Positions 58,423 through 64,000 of a stretch of 64,000 nucleotides of DNA are shown piece after piece. The notes under the pieces were generated by a model, which saw nothing but the letters and a program-made list of their open reading frames with translations, was not told where the DNA came from and did not search any database. Source of the stretch: the human T2T-CHM13v2.0 reference genome, Homo sapiens. Position 1 is the stretch's first letter, and every line of letters begins with the position of its first letter. The stretch is from the NCBI RefSeq assembly GCF_009914755.1, contig NC_060937.1; one strand, given 5' to 3'. The position numbers and the translations under genes are program-made.

Positions 58423-59739
58423 GTATAAATCATGGCTATTCACATGATCAATTTACACTCTAATGTATATGACACCTAATAATTTTTCAAAACACCCACC
58501 CAGCTGACGAAAGTAACGGGTAATGTTATTCACCAGTGACTTTCCTATTTAAATCTCCCTACCTACTTGTTATATTGAAAGACATCTGGAATCAGAATCA
58601 GGAATCCAAAAACAACTTAGACATTGCCAAGTATGCTAGATAATCCCAGTTCACAAATGCCCAGCTCTAAACGCCAGCATGCTTTCATCTCAAAATAAGC
58701 CACACTTGAAACTTGATCCCAGGTGGTTGACCCCTTCTCCTTTTCAGCAATTTTGCTGGATATGTCAGTGAACAAAACCACTGAAAATGGGTGCCACCCT
58801 AGAAGTTGTATTTTGGTTCCATTTGCTGCTGCTAGAGGGTTGTAATTTGAGGCTTGTTTTCTTTACCTGCCAATCTTAGCAGTCCCACAACAACTTCAGC
58901 TAAATTGTTCTAAGTTGTTGATAAGTTGAAAATGCTCTGCTAACATTTTCTTTTGGTTTTGACTCACATCTATGATCAATTGCTTGAGCCCTGTTTCTGG
59001 GTTGGCCATCCATACCACAGGACACATGATATTCACATCAAGTAGTACCAATAATTTATTTACATTTAATTGCACTAAATGTAACCCCACCCCTTTCTCT
59101 CCCACTCAGATGAGCATACCAGAATGCAAGGAAGTGATGGGTATGAAATTGCCATAAAACTCATAATGAATCCACTCAAACTTACAGAAAATCATTCACA
59201 TATTTTACTAATTCAGTTATAAACTACTTGCAATACTTTCCAATTGATTCCTACAGTGGATTTATGAGATCTTTGTGCTGTTCCACTTAACATGTGAGAG
59301 GATGTGTTCCAAAGAGAACAAAGTGTGATATAAAAAGTGCCACCTACTGATACCCAACATATTAAAAGGTACCTCTTAGATTGACAGCTACTGGAATAAA
59401 GGAACTTACCCTTTGATTAAATCACTCAGCCCTTCAAAGGATACTCCAGGCTTGCTTTTGCAAGATTACCTATTCCTAAAGTTATTCTTTAAAGATCAGT
59501 TGGGCACAAATGTGTACACTTGTATTGTCTACAGGGTAGAGACAAAGATTTCTACTAGAATTTAAAATATTACCCCAAACTTTTAAAATCTAGCCAAAGA
59601 TCTAAATGCAATTCATTTATTATTGTGCACTGTACTATGATATATGTTTGGAAAGATATATAATTGATCAAGACATACTCTGTCTGCTCAAGGAGAAAAT
59701 AACACCACCTACCAAAAAGTAATAACAAAAGCAACACTA

Positions 59740-59920
59740 GTAATAAGAAATGCCTAGGAACTGTTCTAAGCCCTTGCCATGTATTAATTCATCTTATTCT
59801 AAAAATAAAACATTCTAAAAAAAAAAGTAGGTACTATTGTTGTCCTAAGTAGACAGATAAGGAAATTGAAGCACAGATAAGTTAAATGACTACCTCAAGG
59901 TCCCATACAGCTAGAAATTA
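59740..59920 (-). mobile_element. MIR SINE
   Basis: gtaggtactattgttgtcc...acagataaggaaattgaagcacagataagttaaatgact...aaggtcccatacagctag. Confidence 0.7.
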
Positions 59921-62773
59921 GCAGATAGAAAAATGCTGACATCGCCAAAGCTGAATATACACTATGGCTACCTGAAAAGGTGCACAGTGTTTGGAATGAA
60001 GAGAGATAAGTATTCCCTGCTCTGCAGTAGCATAAAGGAAGGAGAGAGGTTACCTTTTGGAAATAATGATCTAGTGTGGGCTCCAATGCAAAACAAAGTG
60101 CATGAAAAATAGTCAATGATCATCTCATTTTTATACATGCTGTTACTCTGTCAAGATTTTTTAAATTGTGTTTCCTCTGTGTACCCTGGGGTCTGGGGAG
60201 AATGCATAGCCCTGACAGGATATACATAAAGCCATATGTACATGCACATAAATATACACAGGTTAGAATAATTGATCAAGTGGAGACCTGGTTCCCATCC
60301 CCACTCCATACTCCAAAGGAACAAACTCGGCAAAATATTGAGTAGCAAAGTTCTTGTTCAATCTTAAGGTCCTGATAATATTAAGACAAACCACAGTGGC
60401 TTTGTGCTGACTGTTTATGAGATCATCTAACCTCTTGACTGAATTATAGCTTACAATCATACTCTCTCTGCTTATTACCCTGTGTACAACGCTCCATTAT
60501 CTGCAGAACTGTCAGAAAATACCTTCCCAGCTGCTGAATTACCCTAATCACAATTTTTTTTCTTACCCAGCCCTGCTCTGGGCTGTGAGGCTCCGGGAAG
60601 GAGCAGAGGGGAGTGGAGAGTTCTGATGTTCCAGTGACAATGAGAAGGTGCTTGACATTTCCTCCACACTCTCAGCCAGCACGGTTGCCACTCACTCTCC
60701 ACTTTGCCCCAAGCCTTTATTAACCCAGTATGGAATATGGCAATTTCCTAAGTCATGGTCATTAAAGTAAATACCATTTCTCCCCATAAGGCTCCCTTTA
60801 GCTGCTGTGTTCTTCGTGCTTCTTTAGCTCATGATATTTCATGCCAAATATTTTAGAGACAGTGTTCAGAAATTACCAAGCAGCTAGACTGTGAAACGTG
60901 ATGTTCCCATCCATCGGGAAAAGGAGTCAGACCGCAGGGATGTTGTGTTTTGTATTTGCTTTACATTCATTATACGTTTCTTGCTGAGCCTGCTTTTCCA
61001 CAAATATTGAAAACTGAGCTGACTAATGACTCTCTATTAACACCAACTCATGTTGGTGATCATGCATCTTTGGGAAGTACTTAATAAATACTATTAAAAG
61101 ATTTTGCTTTACAGCGATGGCAATCATACCAGATGTGATATTGTGTTGTTAGACAAAGGCAATCTTGAAAAGCTTTCAAGGTAACATTTAAAAAGTAATC
61201 CTTTATTAGGTTGCCTAGCAAGATGCCCCATAAGTACTTAAAACCCGTAAGACGGTTGAGCTCAGATAAAGAATGCGTTACCAGATGGAGACAGTAATTA
61301 CCCTGTCCCCGAACTCTAATTGTATTTACCCTGCCTTTTGCCTACGAAGTTGACAATACAATATCTGGCTTTTCAACTGGAGCACACCATTTCATATTTC
61401 CTGCTGGTACACATATATTAATGAATGGGTGCTTTCATTAACAAAAGTGTAAGACAAGAATATTTCAGTCATGCTGTTACACCTACTGCCTGATATAGAT
61501 CATAAAGGACAAGAATAAAATTTAATTTGCAATAACTCTTTGGAGCTACAGTAATAGCTGCCCAGGAGTTCTTTGTCAGAGCATCTTGGCTTTTCATTAA
61601 GTACTCAGCCACTAAATTTTTTTCAATTCTGGCAGAAGCAGCCAGGGAACACTTTGGGAGCTCTATAAAAGGCACTCTCCTAATCTTCAAATCATTGGAA
61701 AGACTCTTTAGCATCTGTTAAAATATTTTTCCCTTCTAATCTGCCTGAAACTAACAGGGAGAAAATTCTGAGATGTTTCTTAATTAAGCAGTAAGAAATG
61801 GTGACGGGTGGTCTGCACTGACTTAATCACAGTTGTAAAGCATGAAAAAGGAAAAAGAGTTAAGTACCCCTAAATCCTCAGGCATCTGACTTCCCCAAGA
61901 ATGTGCCTTATTGCTATTAGTAAGAAGTCTTTCCTCAGTTTGAATGAGGGAGATCCAAATGATGTGAAAAAAAAAAACTCAAACTCAAGAAAGAGTGAAG
62001 GCTGTGAGTGATGTAGGAAAAAACAAAAAACAAAACAAAAAAAAACACCCAGCAAAGCAAATTTCTACCTTTGGCAAGAGGGGAGGAAAGAGTGATGAAG
62101 GCGCCAGTCCTAGGGCAAAGGGCTCTTGCTTCTGTGCAGTTATTACTTAGCCTAGTAGCTTCTGAGTGTGGCCTGCAGGACTGCCTCCTTGACCAAGCAG
62201 GTAATGCAATTGCAGCAACTGCAAAGTATGAGGCAACAAGGAAGGTGCTGGCTGCAACTAAGCAGCATGAGCTAGCGCCACCTAAAGGGATTCCTGTGCA
62301 ATTCCAAGGCATTCATTCCGCACACAGCTGGTAAAGACAGGTCTGAGAGCAAAAATCTCCTTCCCCAAAACCAGTTTGTAACCCCTTTCTTAAAATCACC
62401 GTGAATGTGAGAATCTAAACCCTTAACCTACTTGCTAATCCCCATTTTCAAACTAGGACTTAGAGTCCCTACAAACTACTTACTAGCAAATCCTGAGAGC
62501 TTACCAGATAAGCATCTCAGGTAAACATTCTATCTATTCAGACCATTGACCCAGGAGATTTTTCCTGCTGCGTTTATTAAAACCCAAGACGAAAAGCAAG
62601 AATTAATTCTGGAATAGTCTTTTACACCGTTGATACACTTCTCACATCTGTGAAAATTTTATCCATGTCTCAGTTTGCATAATTGTATTGAATGATCTGT
62701 TAAGAACTGTTATAACAGCAAAAACAACAAAAAAATGCTCATTTGTTCTGCCATAATAATTGTCTATTTTATC

Positions 62774-63318
62774 TGAAGATGGTCAGAATATGCCACCCCA
62801 AAATATGCCACTTTCACATAAGAATTATTTTGAGCTGAAGACAATTGAGAAATACCAGACATAAGAGGAATTCTCCCTCCTCCCCATTTTTGCCTAAAAG
62901 TAGGGCATAAATTTCCCATTGTAAAGTTGACACAAATTTTTATTTGTAAAGGTGTTCACATCTTCCTTACTAGAAAGAGGAGAGAGCTGTTATTTGCATA
63001 ACAATCTTACCAAACAACTCTTATCTACTATATATTTTTAGTCACCTTCCCACAACTTACCTCCCCTAGGAGCCCCAATCCCCCTTTCCTTTATCTAGGT
63101 CTCCAGAATTTATCACCCTCTGTTAGGATGGTATATAAGCTATCAATTCTAACCAGCCCTCTGAGTTACTCATCAGTGAGTTCTCCCTCATGTCCTACAT
63201 ATACCATGTGTAAATAGGCTCTGGTTTTTTTTCTTCTTTTAACCTGTATTTTATCAGTTTAATTCATAGGCCTGGCACTAAACCTAAGATGATAGAGGAA
63301 AAGTTTTTAGCCCCTTAC
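62774..63318 (+). mobile_element. MER34-family ERV1 solo LTR
   Basis: tgaagatggtcagaatatgccaccccaaaatatgccacttt...ttttgagctgaagacaattgagaa; TATA-like tatataag near 63132; end ...ccccttac. Confidence 0.7.
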
Positions 63319-63455
63319 CTATTCTTATAAGAATTATATGAAATAAGTATGCCATACTACCAACTCACTTCATGTTATTTATCATTTCATTTTCCTCCAC
63401 AAAGAGGCCAAAATCTGGTGGTTTGAAAGACCTCATTAAGTATAGGAATTAAATA

Positions 63456-64000
63456 TAGTACTGGTGTTTTTGTAATTCATTACTTGCAGATTTCATACTT
63501 GCTAGTTCACCTACTCATTAAAATTCATTTTCATAGTGATTTGCAGACATGCATATGCACAGAGCAGTGACAAATTTAACTCATCTGATGCCCACATTCT
63601 AGCTGAGGTTCAACAAGGTGATGCTCTGCCTTCTCATTTCAACTCTCATACTAAAACTAGTGTTCTTTTCACAGTCTATTTAGTGCCATCTTTTTCTCAG
63701 TTTTGTGCTTTCTGTTGATTTTGCTGTTTACAATGTCCCCCACCAAATGTGGTGCTGAAGTGCTGTGTAGTGTTCCTAAAGCTGAGGAGTTCTTGAGGTG
63801 TCTTACAGAGAAAATGCATGTGTTAGATAAGCTTCGTTCAGGCATGTTACAGTGTTTGTGGTGGCAAGTTGAAAGTTAATTAATCAATAATGTAAATTAT
63901 ATATATTAAATAAGATGTCTTTAAACAGAAACACAATTAAATAGTTATATGTTTATCAGTTGATTAAAATGTTATGACCAGAGGCTTGTAGGAACCCTGT
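63456..64000. mobile_element. MER44/Tigger7-type TcMar DNA transposon (runs off the window end)
   Basis: gtgctgaagtgctgtgtagtgttcctaa...ttacagagaaaatgcatgtgttagataagctt...aaatgttatgaccagaggct. Confidence 0.75.

Noticed and set aside
61935-62334. 125-aa (-) and 87-aa (+) overlapping ORFs
   Set aside because: Non-ATG starts, one runs through A/T low-complexity sequence, and no domain is recognised.

Overview
Primate (almost certainly human) genomic DNA containing the 3' end of glypican-6 (GPC6) on the + strand. It holds three coding exons (28148-28284, 44056-44231, 48611-48813; recognised as the last three, exons 7-9) with GT-AG junctions that splice into one frame ending in the Ser-Gly heparan sulfate cluster and GPI signal. 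A repeat-poor 3' UTR of about 4.8 kb follows, probably ending near 53.6 kb. The rest is intron or downstream intergenic DNA rich in transposon fossils: a full-length but dead L1PA2/L1PA3-type LINE-1 (about 17935-23951, sense to GPC6), about 11 Alu pieces, several MaLR/ERV solo LTRs, hAT and Tigger DNA-transposon remnants, and MIR, L2 and old L1 fragments. Nearly all non-L1, non-GPC6 ORFs in the track are repeat-derived or chance. I found no convincing new protein-coding system. The best hypothesis is an RNA-processing arrangement around exon 8. Two inverted THE1 LTRs, both with DUX4 motifs, bracket it. One is a sense LTR with TATA and a splice donor, and the other sits next to the exon 9 branch point. 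Exon 8 skipping and intron 7 read-through would give the same truncated, anchor-less GPC6. Repeat subfamily names and boundaries were assigned by eye, from memory of consensus sequences.
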